Assembly: GCA_951406725.2 (NCBI GenBank)
Contig: OX597831.1
Span: 71,796,001-71,860,000, forward strand
Direction: 5' to 3'
DNA from: Octopus vulgaris
Lineage: Eukaryota
Length of the DNA: 64,000 nucleotides
The position numbers and the translations under genes were made by a program. The notes beneath the pieces were generated by a model. That model was not told the DNA's origin and did not search any database. It was given only the letters and a program-made list of their open reading frames with translations. Below, one piece after another: positions 1 through 12,581 of this stretch (its first letter is position 1; each line of letters opens with the position of its first letter).

Positions 1-939
1 CTATGTGAGGTCAGTAACTAAATGGAAGGAGTTAATAGAAGGCATGTGTGTAACATAATTAAGGGAAACAGAGTGAGTCATTCGAACCTTGTGCTTTTAA
101 AGGATGGTTATCCTTTTTAAAGAATGTGTCGCTTTCACATATATATATATATATATATATATATGATCTGTGTGTATGAATGTACGCATAGCGAGAACTA
201 AAGAACTACGACATATGACTGTTTATATGTGCGCAATCTGTATACGTTTGTGTGCGCATATGTGTGTACATGTGTGTATGTGTGCGTATGTATGTTTACG
301 CGCGCGTAAGCGTGTGTGTATATTTGTGTCTCTGATGTATTTTAGAATGAAACAAAGCACTTTTTGTTCTAATCATTTTTCATTACACACACGCATATAC
401 GCTCACATATACACACTCATATGAGTGTGGCCGTATAGCTAGAGTGAGGGATGGATGTATGCATGTATCGTAAATGTGTTTGTTTGGGATCATAATGCTC
501 AAAGTTCAAATCTAGCTAGGCCCAACTTTCCCTTTAATTTTTTCGGGTTCGGATAAAGCAATCACCAATCCAGGGCGGCAGACTGACAGATATCTGCTCA
601 GGCTGTTTTCTGGCTGAGTTCTTGAGTAGCATGTCTCAATCAGTCGGCCAGTTTGAAAGCACCATCTGTTAGTTTTAGTACTTGGTGAGCTTATAATATA
701 GTACATTATGCGTTTTGGGTTAGATGTACGGTCTGTGAATACCTTTTTCTCAATCTCCCATCGACCTTCAGTGGCCATGAAAATAGAAATAGTCAAAGAT
801 CATACGCTTTCCATTCTGACGGAACGCTAATATATATATATATATATAGTGTAATAAATAAAATATATGCATACATACAAACATATATGTACGTACCTAC
901 ATCTACATGTATATATACATGCATATATAAATATATATA

Positions 940-1260
940 CGTGAGTACAGGACACCACAACTAGACGTAGAACTCAACGAGAAACGAAAACGGAAACACA
1001 AGCATGGAACAAACCATTTTTTTACAACAGAAAAACAGAGTACAAGACAAACTACACATGGAAAAATCCCCTTCATCAGCTGTCTCTAGTTCAACTCTAG
1101 CGTGTTTCGAAGGTAAGACAGAACACGACTCGTAAAAAATAGCCCTTCCTGCGAGAGAATTAAAATAAAATTACTTCGCAGAGGGGTAAAAACAAAGAAA
1201 GAAAAAATGTAACACAAACAGGACGTAAAAACGATACAAATAAAAATACAAAATAAAATA
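940..1260 (-). mobile_element. Non-autonomous (TA)n-associated element carrying a permuted hammerhead motif
   Basis: Same layout as 20870-21212 and 24780-25310 (plus strand ...CAGGAC/GG...purine-rich...CCCTTCATCAG...); abuts a TA-rich tract. Boundaries approximate. Confidence 0.55.
1068..1127 (-). ncRNA. Hammerhead-like motif, non-circularly permuted strand order (copy A)
   Basis: Minus strand: CGTG-T-T-CTGTCT-ta-CCTTC-GAAA-CACG-15nt-AGACAG-CTGATGA-A-GGGG. Confidence 0.6.
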
Positions 1261-1269
1261 CAAGATAAA

Positions 1270-1930
1270 ATCAGAATCTCGCGTTCTTCACAGAGAGCCG
1301 TGGTAGGCCGTCTAGTTACGAAGTAGAGTTCGCTACCATCATCGATCCATCACGCTCCCCAAACATTCGCTCAAAGTGCTGCTGGAAAACCGCGCACATC
1401 TGCTCAGAACCGAGTAATTCACGTCCGTCCAAATCTGTCAAAGACTTCATTGTGGTTTTGTTTCCACATCGCGTCTTTACCGTTCGGGCCCATCGGACGG
1501 CTATAGTTCTTTTGTGTTTTAGCGAAGGGCCTTATCTCTGACAACGCACCCTTCCTACTTCGCCTCAAAGAAATGGTGAAGGACCATTCTCGCCGCTAAC
1601 ACGTCGGTTCGACCCTTTTACTAATAGCCTCTTCTAGTCTGCTAACTAGTTCTCCCTCTAATCTATTTCTTCCTATTTCTAAATCGTTGCTAGACGCTAT
1701 CGATTCTATTCTAATCGCTCTCTTCAGAGCGATCCACTACCGGTTGTTGACTAGTTCGCTAATCCGGTCCCTGTAGTCTTTGTGAGCCGGTAAGGTCGCA
1801 TTCAACTTCCAGTAACCGGGTCCCTGTCTACGGGTCCAATCTAAATCGACTGAGCGTATCACATATTTGTGATCTGTGTAGCTGACCAATTTCAATTGTA
1901 GACAACCTATGCTATCTCTATCATCTGCAC
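1270..1930 (-). pseudogene. L1/Tx1-clade LINE ORF2 fragment (end of APE endonuclease and linker)
   Basis: Minus translation of 1800-1920 reads RDSIGCLQLKLVSYTDHKYVIRSVDLDWTRRQGPGYWKLNA. TDH (SDH) followed by GPGYWKLN is characteristic of L1/Tx1 ORF2. Confidence 0.75.
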
Positions 1931-2017
1931 TAACAAATATAACGTTTGTAGAAATACATAAATCTGGAGGGGAAACACACTCTAAGATGTAGAGCAGTAA
2001 ATATTACGATGACCGAA

Positions 2018-2172
2018 AGCGGTGAGCTGGCAGAAAGTTTAACACGCCGGGTGAAATGCTTAGCAGTATTTCATCCGTCTTTACGTTGTGAGATCAAATT
2101 CCACCGAGATCAAATTCCACCGAGATCAACTTTACCTTTCATTCTTTCGGGGTCGATGAATTAAGTTCCAGA
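2018..2172 (+). mobile_element. tRNA-derived SINE family S2, degenerate 5' part
   Basis: GCGGTGAGCTGGCAGAA head and CCTTTCATTCTTTCGGGGTCGAT central domain; matches the 16883-17087 copy. Confidence 0.7.
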
Positions 2173-2916
2173 GGACGAGAAGATATAGTTTGAAGCAGAG
2201 TGGTTGCTATTTCTAGCAAGTCACAGTGACCGCATAGTAGCTTCATCGTTTGCTTGTGGAAAGGTTGGTAATTAGTTTGTTACTACTGACAATGCTTGTC
2301 TTAGTATAAAAGCAGTGGTGTGGAAGACGGTGGTAGGTTGAGATGAGATGTGCCAGCATTTACAGTGATGGGGGAGATTCTTTGTAGTGATGGGAAAGGG
2401 TGAATGTTTAGGTAACATAGGCTATAGGAGGGTAGGTATGAAAGTAAACTGGGTGGAATAAAACGCTAGAATACACAAAGCATGTTGATGATGTTGAAGC
2501 TGAGATAGTAACCGGTCGATTAAGGGACAAATATTTAAGACTGGCATCAAGCTATCGGGTTCAGTAGGGTCATTTTATCAGGTTAAACAAAGTTTATTAT
2601 CTATCAGTCCCTTCCTTCTGTTCCCTTCCCTCTCTCTCCCTCTCTCTTTCTCTCTCTCTCTTCTATGCATTCCCTTTCTCTGTCTCCCGTTCATATTCTC
2701 AGCTGTATTCTGTTAATCTTTTGTTTCACTCATTTGACTGGGTCTATGCCAGGGTTCAGTCTGGAGCAGTTTACTTGATCTAATCGATCCTTGTACAGTT
2801 TCAACTCTGGTACTTATTCCATCGGACGCTTACTTAACCGGTTGTCAAAACGGTAAATGCACACATATATATGTATATGTGTGCATCTGTATGATCGTAT
2901 GTCTGTCTTTTACCGT

Positions 2917-2980
<64 letters not shown>

Positions 2981-3133
2981 TGTGTGTGTGTGTGTGTATA
3001 CTCTCTCTTTTACTTGTTTCAGTCATTTGACTGCGGCCGTGCTGGAGCACCGCCTTTAGTCGAGCAACTCGACCCCGGGACTTATTCTTTTGTAAGCCCA
3101 GTACTTATTCTATCGGCCTCTTTGCCGAACCGC

Positions 3134-3165
<32 letters not shown>

Positions 3166-3204
3166 TATATATATAGCGGTTCGGCAAGGAGGCCGATAGA
3201 ATGT

Positions 3205-3444
3205 TTTATTGCATTTTATTGCAGAAACAGGTGTAAGCTAACAATGTTCATAGGATAAATAGAAATATGGCTATTTCTAAGTCTCTCTAAAGGAGACTAC
3301 AGCAGCGGTATTGGATCGCCAAGGATAGGATAATCGTTGATTCCCTTATCTTCGCATCCTCTCTCTCTTTCTCTCTCACACACATTCTTTTATTCTTTAC
3401 TTGTTTCAGTCGTTTGACTGCGGCTATGCTGGAGCACCAAATTG

Positions 3445-3500
<56 letters not shown>

Positions 3501-3705
3501 CTGAAACAAGTAAAGAATAAAAGAATGTGTGTGAGAGAGAATGAGAGAGAGAATGCGAAGATAAGGGAATCAACGATTATCCTATCCTTGGCGATCCAAT
3601 ACCGCTGCTGTAGTCTCCTTTAGAGAGACTTAGAAATAGCCATATTTCTATTTATCCTATGAACATTGTTAGCTTACACCTGTTTCTGCAATAAAATGCA
3701 ATAAA
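3205..3705. repeat. Inverted duplication, ~206-bp arms (3205-3410 / 3500-3705)
   Basis: TTTATTGCATTTTATTGCAG...TTGTTTCAGT is the near-exact reverse complement of ACTGAAACAA...TGCAATAAA; the spacer ends in (TA)n. Confidence 0.9.
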
Positions 3706-3981
3706 CCCATAGTTGAGAGCCTGAGTAACACATAGCTAACCGAAATACATACATACGTATGTATCTTACGCAGCGTATTGTCTTTCCGTGTATACACGAA
3801 CATTATTTACATTATTTGTCCTCATCTTGTTTGTTTCGGTTGATATACCCTATTGGGGTAATTTTTCGATGTTATTATTATTATCATTCAGGTCGAACTC
3901 GGAATGCTTGGAGTTAGTAGCTTGAACTCTTTAACCACTACGCCATATGCTCGTGGTCAATTATGGAGTGAATTTTAAGGC

Positions 3982-4855
3982 TTATAAATCTAATATTCTC
4001 CTATCCTTCCTTAATACTGGTTCCCATATGCTGTTCATATCTGCACTCGGTCTGCTTAGGAGGTTGTTGTGTCCTAGCATATGTGCTGCTTCTTTTAGTT
4101 TTCGTATTTTCCAGTGGTGTTCTCTGTCTATTATTTTAACTTCATCCCACAGGAGTAGGTGGTGTCCATTTTTCCATACATGATCAGCTATACCCGATTT
4201 ATCAGTATCTCCTCGTGTCACAGCTTTGCGATGTTCCTCTACCCTTATTTTGAGGGGGTGGCATGTTTCACCTTTGTATAACCTACCACAGCTGCATGGG
4301 ATGGAGTACATGCAGTCTTTGGTCATATTCTCTTCTGTTGGTGGTTTTACCCGAGGGAGATATTTGCGAAGTGTTGTATTACTCTTGAATACTGTCCTGA
4401 TGTCATATGGGCTACATATATTTTGTATCTTTTCAGAGAGGCCTTTCACATAGGGTAGACAGACTGTGGACAGTTTATTGGTTTCATCCTCTCCTTTCTT
4501 CATAGTTGGAGTAGATAATATGCTTTTGGGGTAATTGCTTAATAGATTGTTACTGAGCTTGATCATTTCTTCGTGGTGGATATCACGATCGCTACTTATA
4601 TTATTTGCTCGATGTTTTAGGCATTGAGTAATCTCTCTCTTTACACTGTATGGATGGTGGGAATTGAAGTTGAGGTATCGTCTAGTGAAGGTCAGCTTGC
4701 GGTATACAAACGCCCTGAATCCATACTTGGTATGTGTTATTAATACGTCCACAAATGCTAGCAAATTGTTTTTTTCCTTTGCCATTGTGAACTGTATGGA
4801 TGGTTTTATTGAGTTCACATGATCTAACAGCACTTGGACATCTTCCCCACCAGGA
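3982..4855 (-). pseudogene. Penelope-like element (Penelope/Poseidon type), 5'-truncated RT thumb plus GIY-YIG endonuclease
   Basis: Motifs IQFTM.KE, LAFVDVLI, YRKLTFTRRYLNFNSHHPYSVK, LPYVKGLSEKI, YSIPCSCGRLYKGET, RVEEH, SGIADH, KEAAH. The ORF N-terminus is microsatellite. Confidence 0.9.
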
Positions 4856-4935
4856 TATGTGTATGTTTGTATGTATGTATGTATGTATGTATGTATGTAT
4901 GTATGTATGTATGTATGTATGTATGTATGTATGTA

Positions 4936-4978
<43 letters not shown>

Positions 4979-5158
4979 TCCAAAAATACATTAAAAATAC
5001 ATAAAAATGATTTGAAAGAACAATAAACAGAGTATGTTTGTTTAACAGCCAGGAAAAATGGAAGAGATTTTCAACGTTTCTAGCTTACGTTCTTCTGCAG
5101 AAATGGAAAAAGGAGAGAAAACAGAAGGAGAGACGAAAACATGTGTCAGAATTAACGG

Positions 5159-5189
<31 letters not shown>

Positions 5190-6581
5190 CATACATACAT
5201 ACATACATACATACATACATACATACATACATACATACATACGTGTATATATGACGGGCTTCAGTTTCCGTCTCCCAAATTCACTCACAAGGATTTGGTC
5301 GGCCCGGAGCTATAGTAGAAAGTCACTTGCTCAAGGTGCTATGCAGTGGGGCTGAACCCGTAACCATGTAGTTCCTTATCACACACAGTCATGCCTATCT
5401 TTTCTGCAACCCCAATAAAATTTAGTCTAATTGTTGTTACATACATCACTTCGCCCCCACTGGGAGTCATTTTTTCACAAAATAACGAAGTATTTTAAAG
5501 CCAACACTATACGTTAATATAATTATAATCCACAAGTGCTATGCGGGAACTGATATCAGCTGTCCTAGCAAGCAAGATTCTGACCCGACTGTGACCTGCC
5601 TTTTATATAAACTCCCCAATGGTTTCTAGAAACAATGAACTGTAAAGTTTAGTAACTGTGAGATCATTTCATTGAGCGTTGCTGTTCGTCGCTTATCTGA
5701 CAAATACGGGTTTACGTTGCTTCACGGCTGTGCTTACATCTACGAAGTGTAAGCTGATGAAGCGTTATATACAGGTTAAGTACCACCCATTCAGAATATG
5801 GTAATTATAGCGAATTTATGCTGGCAAATACATATGGTTTAGCTTATATAATAAATGATGGTGTGATGTACTTTTGATTCACGCTATTAATACTGTAGTA
5901 ATTCCTATGCTTCTTCGATGGTCCACTTGAGAAACGTGTAACCTAATGTTTGTGTGAACTGTAAATAAACACGCACAATAACGGGGGGTAGGTGAGATAT
6001 ATTTCTTTGCGGTTACAGTTATTCACAGGATTATCCCTGGAGTAGAAAATGCTGGTCTGTCACATAGGATACATAGAAATATTTCATATTCCGCTCCGCC
6101 CCGCCACCAAAATTGGGCTCGACTTTCATTAGAGATAACGTCATTCGTGTATATGCGGCACGCACACGCACACACACATACACATACACACATACACACA
6201 CACATACACACACACACACACATACACACGCATTATTTGATTGAGTCATTGGATTGCGGTCATGCTGGAACAAACTCTAACAAATCGACCTTGGTATTTG
6301 ATATTAAGTCTGGTACTTATTCTATCGGCTCTTTGGTTGAACAGCTAAGTTACAAGGACATAAACAAACCAACACGGGTTGCCAAGCGGGGGGAAGAGAG
6401 ACAAACACAAAGACATATACACGTGTGTGTGTATGTATATCTATCAATCTATCTATCATCTATCTATTTATCTATCTATACCTCTCTCTCACCCTCTCAC
6501 TATCTCTCTTTCTATATATATACATATATACATATATACATATATATACATATATACATATATACATACATATGCATATAT

Positions 6582-6612
<31 letters not shown>

Positions 6613-6650
6613 CATACATACATACATACATACATACATACATACATACA

Positions 6651-6683
<33 letters not shown>

Positions 6684-6983
6684 GTCACCTGTTCGTTCGT
6701 GTTAGTAAACATCTTAACCACAGGACTACAATCCTACACCAATGTTCAGGAGGCGTATATTCACGGATTGTGAGGACTTGTCGATTTTTGGTGCGTGAAC
6801 AAACTGTTGTACATGCACGAACAGGTGTTCTTTGTTCATTGCTTGTATAATTGTTTCGTTTTGTAAACGTTACCTGCTAACAATTTTTAACTGTGTTTAT
6901 TGCCCTGCTTTGCATTCTGTTTTTTTGTTGCTGGCCCAGATGGAAATATGGGTGTTGAGCAAGCTATAATAAGTGTTTTGATA

Positions 6984-7196
6984 TACTCTTTACTCTTTTA
7001 CTTGTTTCAGTCATTCGACTACGGCCATGCTGGAGCACCGCCTTTAGTCGAGCAACTCGACCCCGGGACTTATTCTTTTTGTAAGCCCAGTACTTATTCT
7101 ATCGGTCTCTTTTTACCGAACCGCTAAGTGACGGGGACGTAAATACACCAGCATCGGTTGTCAAGCAATGCTAGGGGAACAAACACAGACACACAA

Positions 7197-7280
<84 letters not shown>

Positions 7281-7443
7281 GACAGGCGTCTTTCAGTTTC
7301 CGTCTACCAAATCCACTCACAAGGCATTGGTCGGCCCGGGGCTATAGCAGAAGACACTTGCCCAAAGTGCCACGCAGTGGGACTGAACCCGGAACCATGT
7401 GGTTGGTAAGCAAGCTACATACCACTCAGCCACTCCTGTGCCT
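6984..7443 (-). mobile_element. tRNA-derived CORE-type SINE family S1 (octopus OR-like), full length
   Basis: Head AGGCACAGGAGTGGCTGAGTGG...GGTTCAGTCCC, CORE-like ACTTTGGGCAAGTG, internal (TA)n, tail GCTCCAGCATGGCC...GACTGAAACAAGTAAAAGAGT. Confidence 0.85.
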
Positions 7444-7459
7444 ATGAGTACAAGGTCGA

Positions 7460-7650
7460 AGGCGGTGACCTGGCAGAATCATTAGCACACTTGGCAAAAT
7501 GCTCAGCCACATTCCGTGAGACTCAAATTCCGCCTCGGTCAACTTTTACCTTTTTAAAACCTTTCATGATCGGTAAAATAAGTACCGGTTAAGCACTCAG
7601 GGTCGATATAATCGACTTACCCACTCCCTCCAATCTGCCGGCCGTGTCCT
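7460..7650 (+). mobile_element. SINE family S2, degenerate
   Basis: AGGCGGTGACCTGGCAGAATCATTAGCAC head; TAAGTACCGG...GGGTCGAT. Further degenerate minus copies lie at ~7670-7940. Confidence 0.6.
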
Positions 7651-8892
7651 AAAATCCCTTGAGGGCTGAGAGGCAATGTAGACTCTGGTGGAATTTGAAC
7701 TCGGAATATAATGTATTGCAAGAATTAGTATTTTCCCGACCAACTAGCAATTCTGCCAGCTTGCCACCTTATATGGAACTTATAATAATCCTTACTATTA
7801 TAGGCAGGAAGCTAATCAATCATATCGAACCCAGTGCTGAACTGGTCCTTATTTTGTCGACCCCCAAAAGGATAAAAAGCAAAGTCTAACTTCTGTAGCA
7901 TTTGAAATCAGAGCGTTAAGCCGGAAGAAAAACTGCTAAATATTTTCTCGTCGCCTTATGAGCAACGCGTGAAATACGTAAGCAAAACAGAGAAAACATA
8001 AGAGAGAGAGAGAGGGGGGGAAGACGGATAGACAGAAAGGCAGACAGACAGAGACAGAGAATGAAAGAGATAGATGACAATAGTAAATAAGAAAACAGAA
8101 GTAGTAAATAAGAACAGCCAGAAAAAAATGTAAAATGAAAGGAAATATAGCGAAAACAAAAGTAAAACTTGGGAGAGAGGAAAGAGCGAGAGAGAAAGAA
8201 AACAAGCAGAAACGAAGAGACGGTGAGAAATGTGTCATTTAATTGTATCTTTGTGAATATTAAATAAAAAGGAGAAATATATTTATTTATAAGAGAGAGT
8301 GAAAAGAAGAAGAAAGCGTAAGAAAATGTAAGACATTGAGGCTACATAAATTGTTTTAAACTGGGAGAGAAAGAATGACAGGAGTAGGAAGAACTGGAAG
8401 CCGAGAGAATTAGTGTTTTTAGAAGGCGGTATGATTCGGCCGTGAGGCGCGAGAGAGATACTATATATTTTCTTAAAGGAGTGGCGTTGGAGAAAACGTC
8501 TGTACTTATAGAGTATCATAAATCTGATATGGATAGGCTAGGTGTGGGGAGATTTCAACAAGTTGAAGGTAAAAAGTATTGAAAACTGAAGTAGAGCTGT
8601 GAATGGAAAAAGGAAGAAGAGAAGAATAAAGTCGAAAGAGGATAATGAGCGCGTGTAACGATAAATACGCACTGATTGCTTGCAAGACTAGAGAGAATAT
8701 TTCAGTAAAAGAGAAGTTGGTGTACTAAGTAAATAACATAAGTAAATTTAAGTGAAAGTTCGCAATAAACAACAACAACAACAAAAAATCCAGAGTGGTG
8801 ACATCACCAGAAAAATTCAATGAGGTCACACACACACACACACACACATATATATACACACACCAACTAATCATAATGATTCTCAAAAGATA

Positions 8893-9044
8893 CGTGGCTG
8901 TGTAGAAAGAAGCTTGCTTCTCAACGGCATGGTTTCGGGTTCAGTCCCACCGTGTAGCACCTTTAGCAAGTGTCTTCTACCATAGCCTCGAGCTAACCAA
9001 AGCCTTGAGGGAATTTGGTGGACGGAAACTGAAAGAAACTCGTC

Positions 9045-9122
<78 letters not shown>

Positions 9123-9270
9123 GTCTGTCTGTGTGCGTGCATGCGTGCGCGCGCGCGTGTGTGTGTGTGCCACCATCATTTGACTACCGGTGTTGGTGTG
9201 TTTACATCGCCGCAACTTAGCAGTTACGGCAAAAGCGATCGATAGAATAACTACCAGGCTTAACAAAAGA
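8893..9270 (+). mobile_element. SINE family S1, degenerate
   Basis: CGTGGCTGTG...GGGTTCAGTCCC...GACGGAAACTGAAAGAA, internal (CTAT)n, partial 3' half. Confidence 0.75.
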
Positions 9271-9305
9271 TTAAGTACATACATACATGCATATATATAT
9301 GTATG

Positions 9306-9399
<94 letters not shown>

Positions 9400-9403
<4 letters not shown>

Positions 9404-9612
9404 TTAATCCAAACAAGAAAGCACAAAAAAAAAACACAACAACGCGAGGACGTGGAACAAATATAGTATTATTGGACGCTCAGGAAAGAAGGAAAGAAGG
9501 AGGGTTTAACGTTTCGAGCGGAGCTCTTCGTCGGAAACATAGGAGAAGGAAAGATCCAGAGAAGGGAAGACAAAAGGAAAAAAATCGCCAACGTTACACA
9601 CGAGGTCACATA
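9400..9612 (-). mobile_element. ~210-bp non-autonomous element (family F1) with minimal type I hammerhead at 9504-9538
   Basis: Near-identical to 10925-11131 and 49020-49222; each abuts (TA)n at AAGTTAATCC. Motif GTTT-CCGACGA-A-GAGC-TCC-GCTC-GAAA-CGTT-AAAC. Confidence 0.75.
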
Positions 9613-9800
9613 TAAGATAGGAGATGGAATGTGTATGTATCTATGTATGTGTGCATGCATACAAGTGTGACATACAGCAAATCGTTATTTGCACTGTGCA
9701 TAGCAAGATCTAAAACGATGACCTGAAGAATTTTACAACGTTGATATGCTATACAGATAATGTTATAAGATAATGGTCATTACATGTTTGTGATAATCCC

Positions 9801-9931
<131 letters not shown>

Positions 9932-10314
9932 ATTATATGTAGAAAAATACAAACTGGGACAAGAACGTAAAACATTTAGAAGACGATACAAAAACACGGA
10001 CGGGACATTCGAAGCCTTCAATCTTCAGTCAAGAACCGGATCATCCTAGCAATTTCAGCTGATTATATATATGTTAATGCAGAAGACGGAGTGTAACTAG
10101 AAGCATTTATTAGCACAACAATCGTTTCGGTTTCATTCTGCACGGCTCCATTGTGGACGTGGAACGATGTAATAACACCAGATACAACGCACAGTGCAAA
10201 AGTATCAGGTGACGTAAGATGCTTCACAAGTTCCCTGATTTACATTTCATTTTCGCTTCAAGTTATATGCTGATGGTGAAATGCAAGTAGTTCGGGGGGA
10301 CACATACACGTGCA

Positions 10315-10351
<37 letters not shown>

Positions 10352-10593
10352 ACTACCGCGTGCACACACACACACACACACACAAAGAATATGAGGGGTT
10401 TAGTTCACTTGTGATCTAAACGAATAGATACGCTGAGTAAGTGATACAGCTGTTCGTCCTTTAGGTTCCAAGTTCATTGCTGAGGCTAGGTTTATGGATC
10501 CGTATTAGGTTTCCGTTATAGCAGGGATATGTTATATTAGAGGAAAAAGCAAAAGCAAGGCAGAACGAGTATCATAAGTCATTTAGAATAAAT

Positions 10594-10722
10594 AGTCAAG
10601 ACTATTTAAGCCTTTTATCTGATCAGTTTCCATTCTATGGTTGCGAAACTGTTTCCGGAGGGAAACGCAATCTTTCAGGATGATAATGCACCAATTCACA
10701 CAGCTAACGTTGTTATTGAATG
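10594..10722 (+). pseudogene. Tc1 transposase fragment (same family as 12579-13819)
   Basis: Encodes SQDYLSLLSDQ...GNAIFQDDNAPIHTA, matching the larger copy. Confidence 0.8.
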
Positions 10723-10821
10723 ACAGAAACGGCTGTAAGATATAAAATTCACATTGCTCTAATTAAATTATTCTAAATGACTTCAGATACTCGTTCTGCT
10801 TTGGTTTTCCTTTTCCCTCTA

Positions 10822-11131
<310 letters not shown>

Positions 11132-11170
11132 GAATGTATATATATATATCTATATATATATATATATACA

Positions 11171-11570
11171 TCTTTTTACTTTTTTACTTGTTTCAGTCAT
11201 TTGACTGCGGCATGCTGGAGCACCGCCTTTAGTCGAGCAAATCGACCCCGGGACTTAATCTTTGTAAGCCCAGTACTTATTCTATCGGTCTCTTTTTACC
11301 GAACCGCTAAGTGACGGGGACATAAACACACCAGCATCGGTTGTCAAGGAATGCTAGGGAGACAAACACAAACACAAAAAAAAGACACATATATATATAT
11401 ACATATATACGACGGGCTTCTTTCAGTTTCCATCTACCAAATCCACTCACAAGGCTTTGGTCGGCCCAAGGCTATAGCAGAAGACACTTGCCCAAGGTGC
11501 CACGCAGTGGGACTGAACCCGGAACCATGTGGTTGGTAAGCAAGCTACTTACCACATAGCCACTCCTGCG
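11171..11570 (-). mobile_element. SINE family S1, full length
   Basis: Head and tail as in 6984-7443. Confidence 0.85.
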
Positions 11571-12118
11571 ACTTATATATATATTTATATATATATATGT
11601 ATCTAGACTCTTACTCTAGCTTTTATTCCCACTCCCATTTTCTTCTTTTCTCTCGTTCTCCCTCTCTCACATTTCTTTGCCCTCTTTCTTTAACTCCCAC
11701 TATTTCTCACTCGTTTATCTCCCCTGCATCTTTCTCTTCGTCTCTGCTTTTTTTTTCTAATCCTTCAATCCCGCTGTCCCCTACCCATTTCTCCTCTTTC
11801 CACGTAACCGGTGTCCGGCCAGCCATGGTTTTTCTTTCTTTAGCCTGACTGTTGACCGTCAACACGTCTTGTGTCCGTCTCCCATCTTCCTGCCTTTAGG
11901 CTTTCACTCCACACACGCCAGCTCAATTTGTAACGTTCTCAGTCGAAAGACGCCTGTTGATATTTCTTGTTGTTTGTATTCGTAATTCTGTAACATGTTC
12001 TCCGTTTCTTTTTGCTTGTTTGTTTGTTTTTTGCCTTTGTTGCCGTACACATTCGCTAGCTTTTTTACAAAGGGGTCTAATGCTCTTAGCTTAGACTATT
12101 TGGGGACAACCAGATTGA

Positions 12119-12181
12119 ACCATCTCAAATGTAACTGTCCGAAATGGTCGTGACTTCTGGTACTTGACTGATGAAAGAAAG
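12119..12181 (+). ncRNA. Hammerhead-like motif, non-circularly permuted order, divergent stems (copy E)
   Basis: ACCA-T-C-TCAAat-gtaa-CTGTCC-GAAA-TGGT-13nt-acTTGA-CTGATGA-A-AGAAAG; stem II has two mismatches. Confidence 0.5.
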
Positions 12182-12278
12182 CTCTTTTTTGCTTGTCCTT
12201 CTAATTGTTGTTTCTTGTGTCGGCCTTTGTGTCGTCTACCTGTCCGAACGTTTTAATGCCCCCTATTGTGTCTTTATT

Positions 12279-12319
<41 letters not shown>

Positions 12320-12497
12320 AGATCGTTAGCTCCTACACGCATTTTTTTCTCTCCTTGTTTTTTTCTGTGTATCTTTCTGTCGGAGAGCGTAGGCTCGCAA
12401 CGTAAAGGACTTTTTCTATCCCTGAGCGCTATACTAATACATTTGTTTGTTTGTACTCAACATGCCTTCGTCTTTTGTTTATTTTCGTAAACTTACC

Positions 12498-12501
<4 letters not shown>
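12320..12501 (+). mobile_element. ~180-bp element (family F2) with degenerate minimal hammerhead
   Basis: Homologous to 51155-51310 (minus); TTT-CTGTCGG-A-GAGC-GTAG-GCTC-GCAA-CGTA-AAG; flanked by (TA)n on both sides. Confidence 0.6.

Positions 12502-12578
<77 letters not shown>

Positions 12579-12581
<3 letters not shown>

Noticed and set aside
512-796. 94-aa ORF
   Set aside because: No recognisable domain and a non-ATG start.
5735-5770. CTTACA..TGTAAG-CTGATGA hairpin
   Set aside because: No matching GAAA or stem III strand found.
7158-7409. Recurrent ORFs ending AEDTCPRCHAVGLNPEPCGW
   Set aside because: Antisense read-through of the S1 SINE head.
9995-10035. CTGAAGA...GAAT hammerhead-like string on the minus strand
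   Set aside because: The GAAA box and stems I and III cannot be formed convincingly.
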